Shown here: positions 32,032-41,381 of the stretch, piece after piece
Layout: every line of letters starts with the position of its first letter
How positions within the stretch are numbered: position 1 is the first letter of the stretch
Assembly (NCBI GenBank): GCA_030752605.1
Contig: JASMDX010000034.1
Location: 6,608 to 70,607, forward strand
Length of the DNA: 64,000 nt
From: Alphaproteobacteria bacterium
GTDB lineage: Bacteria > Pseudomonadota > Alphaproteobacteria > GCA-2731375
Direction: 5' to 3'
Program-made: the position numbers and the translations under genes
The notes under the pieces: generated by a model
What the model saw: only the letters and a program-made list of their open reading frames with translations
What the model was told of the DNA's origin: nothing
Database searches by the model: none

Positions 32032-33101
32032 CGGCTCCTCGCCGCCAGTAGATTGAAGCTACCGGCTATACCTTTCGGTAGGAACAGTGTCACGGCGATG
32101 AACAGGCCGCCCAGGGCGAATAGCCAAACTTCGGGAAACGCGGCGGTCAGATAGCTTTTCGCCATGTTGACCAAAACCGCGCCCATGATCGCGCCGATCA
32201 AGGTACCGCGCCCGCCCAGCGCCACCCAGACCACAATCTCAATGGAATTGGCCGGGGCGAACTCGCCGGGATTGATAATGCCTACCTGAGGCACATACAA
32301 GGCGCCGGCGATGCCGGCCATGATGGCGGAAACGATGAAAACAAATAGTTTGTAATGCTCGACCCGATAGCCGAGAAACCGCGTGCGGCTTTCCGCGTCC
32401 CGAATACCTACCAGGATCTTGCCCAGTTTCGAGGTCACGATGCTGCGGCATATGAGTAATCCCAGCAACAGCGCGCTTCCCGAGGCAATAAACAACCCCG
32501 CCCGCATGCCCTGGCTGCGTAGATCAAAGCCCAGCAGCTCCTTGAAGTCGGTCAGGCCATTGTTGCCGCCAAAGCCCATGTCGTTGCGAAAAAACGCTAG
32601 CATCAAGGCAAAGGTCATGGCCTGGGTGATGATGGAGAGATAGACGCCGCTAACCCGGCTGCGAAAGGCGAACCAGCCAAATATGAAAGCCAATGCGCCC
32701 GGCACCAGCATGGCCATGGCGATGGCGAAGAAGAAATTGTCAAAGCCATACCAGTACCAGGGCAGCTCCGACCAGTTCAGAAAGACCATGAAGTCGGGCA
32801 ACTCGGCATTGCCATACACGCCCCTATCGCCGATCTGGCGCATCAGGTACATGCCCATGGCATAGCCGCCCAGGGAGAAGAAGGCGCCATGGCCCAGGCT
32901 GAGAATGCCGCAATAGCCCCAGATCAGATCCACCGACAGCGCCAGCAGGGCAAATGAAAGATATTTGCCGAACAAGCTGACCGCATAGGTAGGGATATGC
33001 AGAGCTGAGGATTCGGGAACCGCCAGGTTTAGGACGGGCACAATGACTGTGACGGCGGCCAGAAGGGCGGCGAAGATCCAATATGATGTCACGTACCGCA
33101 T
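32028..33101 (-). CDS. urtC: Urea ABC transporter permease
   Basis: WGYCGILSLGHG, LPDFM and GGNNGLTDF motifs. Confidence 0.94.
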
Positions 33102-33104
33102 CCC

Positions 33105-34715
33105 CTAGACTTCCACCGCGCGGCCCTTCAGGGCGAACAGGCCCCGTGGACGTTTCTGGATAAACAGAATGACTAGCACCAGAATAATGATCTTTCCCAG
33201 TACCGCGCCCGCATAAGGTTCGAGGAATTTGTTCGCCATGCCCAACGAAAGCGCGCCCACCAGGGTGCCCCACAAATTACCAACGCCGCCGAACACCACG
33301 ACGAGGAAACTGTCGATGATGTAGCCCTGGCCCAGGTTGGGGCTGACGTTGTCGATCTGGCTCAAGGCCACGCCAGCCAGGCCCGCCACACCCGAGCCCA
33401 GGCCGAATGTCATGGCATCAATCCAGGAGGAGCGGATGCCCACCGCGTTGGCCATGGGGCGGTTTTGCGTTACCGCCCGCATGCGCAGGCCGAAATCGGT
33501 GTAGCGGATGATCAATGTTAGAACCAGAAACACCAGTGCAGCGAATATGATGATGCAAATGCGGTTGTTGGTCAGGATCAGGCCGCCAGTGATCTCGATG
33601 GAGCCGCTCATCCACGATGGCGCGATGACCTCTCGGTTGGTCGGGCCAAAGATCGAGCGCACGAACTGTTGCAGCATCAGGCTCAAGCCCCAGGTCGCCA
33701 GCAAGGTTTCTAACGGCCGGCCATAGAGGAAGCGGATGACGCTGCGTTCCAGCAGTACCCCGAACAGGCCGGCGAACAGAAATGCGGCGGGAATGGAGAT
33801 CAGCAGAGATTGCGTGATCGAGTCGGGGAAATATGCCTGCATGACGACCTGAACCACATGCGTGGTGTAGGCGCCCAGCATGACCATTTCGCCGTGTGCC
33901 ATGTTGATCACGCCCATGACGCCAAAGGTGATCGCCAGGCCGATGGCGGCCAGCAGCAGGACCGAGCCCAGGCTGAGGCCCTGGAATAGATTTTGCAGAA
34001 TGTCGAAAAAGGCCAGGCGTTGTTCGATGCTCGCATCAGCTTGCCGAACCGCCGCCAGAAAATCGCCCTTTGCCGTTTGCGCTGTCTTCGCTAGCAGATC
34101 GCGGACGCCGCGGTCGGGATATCCGGTCAGGTTCTCGGCGGCGGCCAGTTTCTCCTCCGCTGTGCCGTGGCGCAGATGGGCGGCGGCCAGTGTGCGGGCC
34201 AGGGCTTCGCGGGTCTCGTCATCGGTCTCGTTCAGGTAGGCCCTGGCCAGCGCAGCCAAACTATCGGCGTCGGCGGTTTTGAACATCGATTTTGCTGCCT
34301 TGAGACGTAGCGCGGGGTCGCTGCTGAACAGGGTCAGGGAGCCCAGTGCACCGCGCAGAACGCCGCGCAGGCGGTTGTTGATACGGATTTTTTTGGAGGA
34401 GCGGGATTTCGCCTCACCCAAGGGTTCGCCGCTTAGGGCATCAAGGAAAATTTTCTTGCGGCCATCTTTTTTAAGAATGACGATGGCGCCATCAGATTTG
34501 CGGATGTGCAGGCGGCCTCGCAGCAGGGCAGTCAAGGGAGCGACAACGCTGGGGTCGCCGCTGGCCGCCAGTTTGTCGACAACGGCGATCTTGGCCGCGT
34601 AACTTTTGGCCTTCAGGCCATCCAGCAGATCCGCTGTCTCTTCAGCATGGGCGGGCAATGTAATAGCCGCCAAGGCAAGGAGCAGTAGCAGGGGGAGAAA
34701 AATTCTTCGCAACAT
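33105..34715 (-). CDS. urtB: Urea ABC transporter permease with N-terminal periplasmic domain
   Basis: GLAITFGVMGVINMAHGE and RPLETLLATWG motifs. Confidence 0.94.
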   Translation of the reverse strand: MLRRIFLPLLLLLALAAITLPAHAEETADLLDGLKAKSYAAKIAVVDKLAASGDPSVVAPLTALLRGRLHIRKSDGAIVILKKDGRKKIFLDALSGEPLGEAKSRSSKKIRINNRLRGVLRGALGSLTLFSSDPALRLKAAKSMFKTADADSLAALARAYLNETDDETREALARTLAAAHLRHGTAEEKLAAAENLTGYPDRGVRDLLAKTAQTAKGDFLAAVRQADASIEQRLAFFDILQNLFQGLSLGSVLLLAAIGLAITFGVMGVINMAHGEMVMLGAYTTHVVQVVMQAYFPDSITQSLLISIPAAFLFAGLFGVLLERSVIRFLYGRPLETLLATWGLSLMLQQFVRSIFGPTNREVIAPSWMSGSIEITGGLILTNNRICIIIFAALVFLVLTLIIRYTDFGLRMRAVTQNRPMANAVGIRSSWIDAMTFGLGSGVAGLAGVALSQIDNVSPNLGQGYIIDSFLVVVFGGVGNLWGTLVGALSLGMANKFLEPYAGAVLGKIIILVLVILFIQKRPRGLFALKGRAVEV

Positions 34716-34741
34716 TTAACTCTCTGCCTATCTTTTTTCTT

Positions 34742-34840
34742 TGTCATTGCCGGGCCTGGCTCGGCAATCCAGGGCAACAAGCTTGTATGCCTGACGCTGT
34801 GGATCCTCGGGTCTCCACTTCGCTGCGTCCAAAGACGACA
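34742..34840. repeat. CGTC-type palindromic repeat, inverted dimer
   Basis: TGTCATTGCCGGGCCTGGCTCGGCAATCCAGGGC..TGGATCCTCGGG..GACGACA; a related copy lies at 43500. Confidence 0.75.
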
Positions 34841-34855
34841 GTGTGTTGTGTGGTG

Positions 34856-34882
34856 GAGAGGCGGCGCGTCACGCCGCCTCTC
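34856..34882 (-). other. Stem-loop just 3' of urtA (mRNA stabiliser or partial terminator)
   Basis: GAGAGGCGGCG-CGTCA-CGCCGCCTCTC, an 11-bp perfect stem 11 nt after the urtA stop; no U-tract. Confidence 0.6.
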
Positions 34883-34893
34883 TCGGTAACGTC

Positions 34894-36186
34894 TTAGTTG
34901 GTGTAGGCCGGCTTCTTGCAGTTGCCGCAGACCCAGGGGTAGGTCCAATCGGCGGTCAGGGCTGCGCTTTCGGGGATGAAGTCACTCCAGGCATCGCCGA
35001 TGACTTCGCCGTCTGTCTGCCAAACCACGTCGAACTGGCCATCTTCCTGGATTTCACCGATCAGTACCGGCTTGGAGAGGTGGTGGTTGGTGTTCATCAG
35101 GGCCATGCCGCCGGTCAGGTTCTTGACCTTTTGGCCATACATGGCCTGGCGCACCGCATCCACGTTCGTGGTGCCGGCCTGCTTGACGGCCTGGGTCCAC
35201 ATCTTGAAGCCGATGTAGGTCGCTTCCATCGGGTCGTTGGTGACCCGCTTTTTGTCCTTGATGAAGGCATGCCAGGCTTTGATGAAGTCATCGTTCTCGG
35301 GTGCATCCACGGACATGAAGTAGTTCCATGCGCCTAGGTGACCGACCAAGGGCTTGGTGTCCAGACCGGCAAGCTCCTCTTCACCGACTGAAAATGCGAC
35401 CACGGGAATATCCTCAGCCTTGATGCCCTGGTTGCCGAGTTCCTTGTAGAACGGTATGTTGGCATCGCCATTGATAGTCGAGACCACGGCGGTCTTAACG
35501 CCCTGAGAGGCGAATTTCTTCACCGACGCCACGATGGTCTGCCAATCGGAGTGACCAAAGGGCGTGTACTCTTCCATGATGTCGGCATCGGTAATGCCCT
35601 TGGAATGCAGGAAGGCGCGCAGGATCTTGTTGGTCGTGCGGGGGTAGACATAGTCCGTGCCCAGCAGCACGAAGCGCTTGGCACCACCGCCATCCTCGCT
35701 CATCAGATACTCAACTGCCGGGATCGCCTGCTGGTTAGGCGCCGCGCCGGTGTAGAAGACGTTACGGGAAGATTCCTCGCCCTCGTACTGCACCGGGTAA
35801 AACAGCATGCTATTTAGTTCCTCGAACACCGGCAGCACGGATTTGCGCGATACGGAGGTCCAGCAACCGAAGACCACGTCAACCTTGTTGACCTGGATGA
35901 GTTCGCGGGCCTTCTCGGCGAACAGGGGCCAGTTTGAGGCCGGATCGACGACGACTGCTTCGACCTTCTTGCCCAACAGGCCACCGTCCTTGTTCAGTTT
36001 GTCGATCATCATCAGGACCGAGTCTTTCAACGTGGTCTCGGAGATCGCCATGGTTCCCGATAGGGAATGCAGCACGCCGACCTTGATGGTGTCCTGCGCC
36101 GCCTTGGCCGGAATGGCCGCGGCGCCGATACCTGCCGCAAGGGCGGCGGCGGCGAGCGTGTTAAGGGCTGTGCGTCTGGTAATCAT
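34894..36186 (-). CDS. urtA: Urea ABC transporter substrate-binding protein
   Basis: TRRTAL twin-arginine-like signal; LHSLSGTMAISE, FGCWTSVSRK and YPVQYEG motifs; GGAG RBS. Confidence 0.95.
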   Translation of the reverse strand: MITRRTALNTLAAAALAAGIGAAAIPAKAAQDTIKVGVLHSLSGTMAISETTLKDSVLMMIDKLNKDGGLLGKKVEAVVVDPASNWPLFAEKARELIQVNKVDVVFGCWTSVSRKSVLPVFEELNSMLFYPVQYEGEESSRNVFYTGAAPNQQAIPAVEYLMSEDGGGAKRFVLLGTDYVYPRTTNKILRAFLHSKGITDADIMEEYTPFGHSDWQTIVASVKKFASQGVKTAVVSTINGDANIPFYKELGNQGIKAEDIPVVAFSVGEEELAGLDTKPLVGHLGAWNYFMSVDAPENDDFIKAWHAFIKDKKRVTNDPMEATYIGFKMWTQAVKQAGTTNVDAVRQAMYGQKVKNLTGGMALMNTNHHLSKPVLIGEIQEDGQFDVVWQTDGEVIGDAWSDFIPESAALTADWTYPWVCGNCKKPAYTN

Positions 36187-36229
36187 CTGTTCGTCTCCAT
36201 AAGGGGTTGTCTTGCACCACTCTACGACA

Positions 36230-36245
36230 AGCAAATAGCGTGCCA
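36230..36245 (-). promoter_or_regulatory. Sigma54 (-24/-12) promoter of the urt/ure operon
   Basis: Minus strand reads TGGCAC-GCTAT-TTGCT, 44 nt upstream of the urtA ATG. Confidence 0.85.
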
Positions 36246-36332
36246 GTTTGAAATTTTTTTTTTCTATTTTTAACTAATTGAAAACATAAAGAAAAATATC
36301 ATTTTGCCGAAATGTTAGCCGGTAATTTAGAT

Positions 36333-36378
36333 TGTTTAAAAAATAGGCGATGGAGATTTAGTGCTGAAAAAATAGGCA
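36333..36378. promoter_or_regulatory. Tandem NtrC-like upstream activator sites
   Basis: TGTTTAAAAAATAGGCG and TGCTGAAAAAATAGGCA, 29 nt apart and about 90-130 nt upstream of the sigma54 site, with an AT tract in between. Confidence 0.6.
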
Positions 36379-36490
36379 AAAAAACATGGCTGCGACCCCT
36401 TGTCTCCGCCGCCAGAGAAGGCAGAATACCCCACCGGTTGGCGCAAGCCCGCCGTACGAGGTTGTCTTGCGCCAACGGACGATCTCGGGG

Positions 36491-36515
36491 CACCGTGGCA
36501 TTCACTGCCACGGTG
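36491..36515. terminator. 10-bp hairpin downstream of the histidine kinase remnant
   Basis: CACCGTGGCA-TTCAC-TGCCACGGTG; no clear U-tract on the minus strand. Confidence 0.4.
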
Positions 36516-36537
36516 TCGGCGGGTTTTTCGGCCGGCT

Positions 36538-37096
36538 CTAACCTACCGCGCGCTGGCCTTCGCCCTGGCCGCCGGAGCCGACGGTAATGGTATGGCGAAC
36601 GTGCTCTTGGGGAAAGTGCAGATGCACGACGGTGCCGATGCCGTGGCTTGATCGTCGCCGCTGGAAATTCCCAGTTTAATTAGCCGTGCAATTTCCAAAT
36701 CGCCGTTGCTTAGCCAACGTCCCGCACGGGCTTCGCACTAATCAATTTTTGGATGCCACGGCGCATGCTGGCGGCATAATCTTCCTATCCAGGCCGCGCC
36801 GCCACCACAAGGACGTCGGCGCCTTTTCCTCCCGCATCAAGAACGATGCCGGCGGCGCGGATATTTGCGTAATCTTGAATGATATTACGCAACAGCTGCC
36901 GTAACTAATTCTCTCCATGAGGTGTCAGCAGAACATAATTAACCGTCGTCGCTAGAATTTGGCCGCGGGCCGCTGGCTGCGCCTAGAACAGGGTTGTGAT
37001 GGAATGCTGAATTACCAATAGGCCAACGATGACCACGACCAAGCCGATGGCCAGCATGGGTATCAGGAATTTGCGCCGCAGTGTTGGTTCACGCAC
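36538..37096 (-). pseudogene. Decayed membrane sensor histidine kinase
   Basis: VREPTLRRKFLIPMLAIGLVVVIVGLLVI (TM), three in-frame TAG stops and a TAA, then HATPase-end pieces LHG / KLGISS / HGIGTVVHLHFPQE in shifting frames. Confidence 0.65.
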
Positions 37097-37185
37097 AGTA
37101 TGTCCAATCAGAGATGGCTGACCGGCGCATGATCACACCACCCGGCACTTAACCAATCCAGTTGGCCATATTACAGTCCTGATGC

Positions 37186-37201
37186 TTAAAGTGGTGTTAA
37201 C
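37186..37201. promoter_or_regulatory. Perfect CtrA consensus box
   Basis: TTAA-AGTGGTG-TTAAC about 90 nt upstream of the kinase remnant; a TTAACC half-site lies at 37149. Confidence 0.6.
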
Positions 37202-37226
37202 CGAAACTTTTGACCGACCTGCGCGT

Positions 37227-39137
37227 TTATCCGCCCTTGCCCGCGTAGCCAATGGTCTGCAGGGCCTCGGTAATCTCGTCCAGGATCACCGGATCTTCAA
37301 TCGTAGCGGGCATCTTCCATTCCTTGCCATCGGCGATTGCACCAATGGTACCGCGCAGGATCTTGCCAGACCGGGTCTTCGGCAGGCGGGCTACAACGGC
37401 GCAGGCCTTAAATGCCGCCACGGGGCCTATTTCTGCCCGTACCTTAGCTACCAGTTCCTGGCAGATGGTACCTTCATCCCGGTCCACGCCGGCCTTGAGC
37501 ACGACAAAACCAACTGGGGCCTGGCCTTTCAGATTGTCGGCGACGCCAACAACGGCGCATTCGGCGACATCGGCGTGACCCGCCAGAACTTCCTCCATGC
37601 CACCGGTCGAGAGGCGGTGCCCGGCGACGTTGATGATGTCGTCGGTGCGGGACATGATGTAGAGGTAGCCGTCTTCGTCCTGGTAACCGGCATCGGCGGT
37701 TTTGTAGTAACCGGGAAATTCCGCCATGTAGCTTTCCACGTAACGGTCGTCGGCCTGCCACAGGGTTGGCAGGCATCCAGGCGGCAGGGGCATCTTGACC
37801 ACGATGGCGCCGGTCTCGCCGCGCGGGATCTCGTTACAGCTTTCATCCACGACGCGGACGTCGTAGCCGGGCACCGCCTTGGTGGGCGAGCCGTATTTCA
37901 CCGGCAATGGACCCAGGCCCATGCAGTTGGAGGCAATAGGCCAGCCCGTCTCGGTTTGCCACCAATGGTCGATCACCGGTTTCTTCAGCTGTTGTTCGGC
38001 CCACTGAATAGTGTCGGGATCGGCCCGCTCGCCCGCCAGAAACAGGGTGCGGAATTTCGATAGATCGTATTTTGACAATAGCGCCCCGTCCGGATCATCG
38101 CGTCTGATCGCGCGGAAGGCGGTCGGCGCGGTGAACAGCGCCACACAGTTATGTTGTTGGATCACCCGCCAGAAGACACCCGCATCCGGCGTGCCCACGG
38201 GCTTGCCCTCGAACAAAATGGTGGTGGCGCCATGGAACAGCGGCGCATAGACGATGTAGGAGTGGCCGACCACCCAGCCCACATCCGAGGCAGACCACCA
38301 GACCTCGCCCGGATTCACGTCGTAAATGTTTTTCATGGACCATTTCAGGGCCACCAGATGCCCGCCATTGTCGCGTACCACGCCCTTGGGAATGCCGGTG
38401 GTGCCAGAGGTATAGAGGATATACAGCGGATCCGTGGCCAGCACGGGAACACAATCGGCTGGCTGCGCCCCAGCCATGACATCGTTCCAATCATGATCCC
38501 GACCTGGGACCAGTGTCGCGGTTTCCTGTTCCCGTTGCAGGATTACGCAGGCATCCGGGTCGTGGCTGGATATCTCGATGGCGCCGTCGAGCAACGGCTT
38601 GTAGGGAACTATGCGGCCCGGCTCGATCCCGCAGGAGGCCGAGAGGATCACCATCGGCCGGCAATCATCAATACGGGTCGCTAGTTCGTTCGGGGCAAAG
38701 CCGCCAAAGACCACGGAATGCACGGCGCCGATGCGGGCGCAGGCTAGCATGGCGACCGTGGTTTCGGGTACCATAGGCATGTAGATAATGACCCTGTCAC
38801 CCTTGTCGACGCCCAGGCCACGCAGCATGCCGGCGCATCGGGCAACCTGGGTTTTCAGCTCGTTGTAGCTAATGGTGCGGCCGCTTTCCGTGATCGGCGA
38901 ATCGTAAATGATCGCGGCCTGTTCGCCGCGCCCGGCCTCAACATGGCGGTCGACTGCGTTATAGCAGGTGTTGGTCTGGGCCCCGGGGAACCAGCGGTAA
39001 AAGGGCGGCTTGTCATCATCCAGCACTCTGTCCCAGGTCTTAATCCAATGAATATCCTGGGCCGCCTCGGCCAAAAACGCCTCTGGCTCGCGCAGCCAGG
39101 CGCCATATGTTTCGTCATATCCATTGGCCATGGTCAT
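37227..39137 (-). CDS. prpE: Propionyl-CoA synthetase
   Basis: YTSGTTGIPKGVVRDNGG, DHWWQTETG and LPKTRSGKILR motifs. Confidence 0.9.
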   Translation of the reverse strand: MTMANGYDETYGAWLREPEAFLAEAAQDIHWIKTWDRVLDDDKPPFYRWFPGAQTNTCYNAVDRHVEAGRGEQAAIIYDSPITESGRTISYNELKTQVARCAGMLRGLGVDKGDRVIIYMPMVPETTVAMLACARIGAVHSVVFGGFAPNELATRIDDCRPMVILSASCGIEPGRIVPYKPLLDGAIEISSHDPDACVILQREQETATLVPGRDHDWNDVMAGAQPADCVPVLATDPLYILYTSGTTGIPKGVVRDNGGHLVALKWSMKNIYDVNPGEVWWSASDVGWVVGHSYIVYAPLFHGATTILFEGKPVGTPDAGVFWRVIQQHNCVALFTAPTAFRAIRRDDPDGALLSKYDLSKFRTLFLAGERADPDTIQWAEQQLKKPVIDHWWQTETGWPIASNCMGLGPLPVKYGSPTKAVPGYDVRVVDESCNEIPRGETGAIVVKMPLPPGCLPTLWQADDRYVESYMAEFPGYYKTADAGYQDEDGYLYIMSRTDDIINVAGHRLSTGGMEEVLAGHADVAECAVVGVADNLKGQAPVGFVVLKAGVDRDEGTICQELVAKVRAEIGPVAAFKACAVVARLPKTRSGKILRGTIGAIADGKEWKMPATIEDPVILDEITEALQTIGYAGKGG

Positions 39138-39396
39138 ATCCTTTGCATGCTTTGTTATGCTTTGTAGCCCTACCTATTATGAAGGTTCACCTTGGGCAAG
39201 TCATGATCCGCAATAGTAACATTGGCGAAAATTAGATGCCCGAGATCAAGGTGGGATTGCGGGCCGAGGAACTTGCCGGCCTGCGCCTGGCCATCAAAGT
39301 CGGGCCGCCGTCACTGATTTCGTGGCCTTTCAACCGGCACCGGCCCAAACTTTGCGAACCCGGGCCCAGCCGCTGGATTTGTTGTGCCGGCCTCGC

Positions 39397-39876
39397 TCAA
39401 CTGTCGGGAACATACAGCGGCGGTAGGCTTTCCGTCAGATCGAAGTCATCCAGGTTCCTTGGAACTTTCAGGACGGCGTTGGCGCGTAGCACGATCTCGC
39501 CATCGGCCAACAGGCGGCCTTCGGCGAAAACCAGGCTGCGGGTCTGCTTGACCACGCTGCCATGGGCCTCGACCCATTGCCCGTCCATCACCGATGCCAC
39601 GAAGTCCGACGTCATGGAAACCGTGACCAAAAAGCCGGGGATGCCGGTTTCAACATTGGCGTTGAAACCCAACTCGATATCCATCAGGGTAAACAGCATG
39701 CCGCCATGGCAGATCCTGGCTGCATTGATATGCTTCTCGCTGCAGCGGAAGCCAAATACCGCCTTGTCGCCAAGGTTCTTGAGAAACAGCGGCCCCACCG
39801 TGCCATAGTAGTATTGTTCCGGCTCCCAAGGATGGAAACCGGGCGGGGGATTGTACGCTTCGAATGACATGAGCAA
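39397..39876 (-). CDS. PaaI family thioesterase
   Basis: HINAARICHGGMLFTLMD hot-dog motif. Confidence 0.85.
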   Translation of the reverse strand: MLMSFEAYNPPPGFHPWEPEQYYYGTVGPLFLKNLGDKAVFGFRCSEKHINAARICHGGMLFTLMDIELGFNANVETGIPGFLVTVSMTSDFVASVMDGQWVEAHGSVVKQTRSLVFAEGRLLADGEIVLRANAVLKVPRNLDDFDLTESLPPLYVPDS

Positions 39877-39966
39877 ACCTTACGAGATGATAAAACAAGA
39901 CGCGAGCCTAACCGCTCGATTTATCGAGGCAAAGAGAGAAAATGACCCAGGGCCGGAAGGCGTATC

Positions 39967-41271
39967 TTGAGCGATAATGTCACATTGGGCAGTGCCTACC
40001 GCTTCTTCGTGCCGCTGATCCTGATGACCGAGCTCAACATGATCTCCAAATCGGTGATCAATGCGGCCTTGGCGCGCGCACCGGACCAGAACGTTATCCT
40101 GGCGGCGTTTCATGTCGCCTTCACGCTCTATTTCGCGCTTTCCTCCTCCACCGAGGTCTGCTCCCTGGTCACCCTGGCTTATCTGAAAACCAAACGCGCC
40201 ATGGGTCCGTTGCTGCGCTTCATGACGGTAATCGTGGCGGTACCCTGGGCGGTGGCCCAACTACTGGCCTTCACACGATTGGGCGATTGGGCCTTTGGCG
40301 GCCTCTTCGGCGGCTCCGACGCGGTGGTGGTGCAGGCCAAGGCAGCGATTTTTCTGCTCTCGTTCTCGGCTCCGGTGCTCCTGGTGCGCTCTATCTGTTT
40401 TGGCCTGATCTTGATGCACCAGAAGACCATATTTATTACCTATGCTACCATGGTCCGTCTGATCTCCCTGGCCGGATCGCTGTTCGTGCTGCCGAGATTT
40501 CTCGATGGCGCCGCCATTGGTGCCGCCGCGCTGTTACTCTGCATGACCATCGAGACCGTGGTCGCCATTATCTTTGCACAAAAACTGTACCGTAATTTGC
40601 CCAGCGGTGACGAGGCGGCTGGGGAGGCACCGCTAGGTTTCAGAGGGCAGTGGCGGTTTTCCTGGCCGTTAATGTTGAACACATCGTCGGAAATGGGCGT
40701 GATCACGGCGATCAGCATTTTTCTCGGCATGTTGGCGAACCCGGATCTGGCGCTGGCCGCCTTCAATATCGTCTATGGCCTCGTCAGCCTGTTGATGAGC
40801 CCCATGCGCAACCTGCTGCAAACAGCGCAGACCCTGGTCAAAAAGCTGTTCGACCGCCGGCCATTGTTCATCTTTGCCCTGCATCTGATTGGCTTTTTCG
40901 GCCTGATCGGCTTCGTGCTGTTTCATACCTCGCTTGAAAAACTCATTCTGGTCGACGCCATGGGCCTCCAAACGGAGCTACGGGCCTACTGTGCGCCCGC
41001 GTTGAAGCTGGCCTTTCTAATGTCGGCGGTCTGGGCCTATTCCGCCCTCTATCGCGGATTGTTGGCCGGCGCGCGGGATACCACCATGCTGGCGGTCAGC
41101 GGATTGTCCAGGATAGCCGTCGCGGTGGTGGTCTGTGCCGCCGGCCTGGCCTTCGCTGCCACCAACGGCGCCGTGATCGGCCTGATCGGCTGGATGGCCG
41201 GTTATGGCGTGGAAATCGCCTTGCTGGCCCTGCAACTGCGCCGCCTGGATTTACGCCGAATTAACCCCTAG
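39967..41271 (+). CDS. MATE/ANKH-like 12-TM membrane transporter
   Basis: Two repeated halves (FFVPL..LAAFHVA and FSWPL..LAAFNIV); TTG start. Confidence 0.7.
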   Translation: MSDNVTLGSAYRFFVPLILMTELNMISKSVINAALARAPDQNVILAAFHVAFTLYFALSSSTEVCSLVTLAYLKTKRAMGPLLRFMTVIVAVPWAVAQLLAFTRLGDWAFGGLFGGSDAVVVQAKAAIFLLSFSAPVLLVRSICFGLILMHQKTIFITYATMVRLISLAGSLFVLPRFLDGAAIGAAALLLCMTIETVVAIIFAQKLYRNLPSGDEAAGEAPLGFRGQWRFSWPLMLNTSSEMGVITAISIFLGMLANPDLALAAFNIVYGLVSLLMSPMRNLLQTAQTLVKKLFDRRPLFIFALHLIGFFGLIGFVLFHTSLEKLILVDAMGLQTELRAYCAPALKLAFLMSAVWAYSALYRGLLAGARDTTMLAVSGLSRIAVAVVVCAAGLAFAATNGAVIGLIGWMAGYGVEIALLALQLRRLDLRRINP

Positions 41272-41381
41272 ACCTTAACACTGGACGCAGGCCCTGGGTC
41301 GGTGTATGTCTGCGCCGCACCAGAAGCTTTGAGCCTGGCCCACCCCTATATTCGACATTTTTTGAAGATTGTGACTAAGCC

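Noticed and set aside
36865-36892. 9-bp inverted repeat TTGCGTAAT..ATTACGCAA
   Set aside because: It lies inside the coding frame of the kinase relic and has no second copy, so there is no evidence it is an operator.
36680-36990. Repeated in-frame TAG codons suggesting amber recoding or pyrrolysine
   Set aside because: TAA stops and frameshifts occur in the same relic, and TAG is a normal stop for several intact genes here (urtB, folE, typA, pssA). Ordinary decay explains the pattern.
39236-39400. Possible gene fragment between prpE and the thioesterase
   Set aside because: There is no recognisable motif in any frame, and most of the listed ORF is antisense to the thioesterase.
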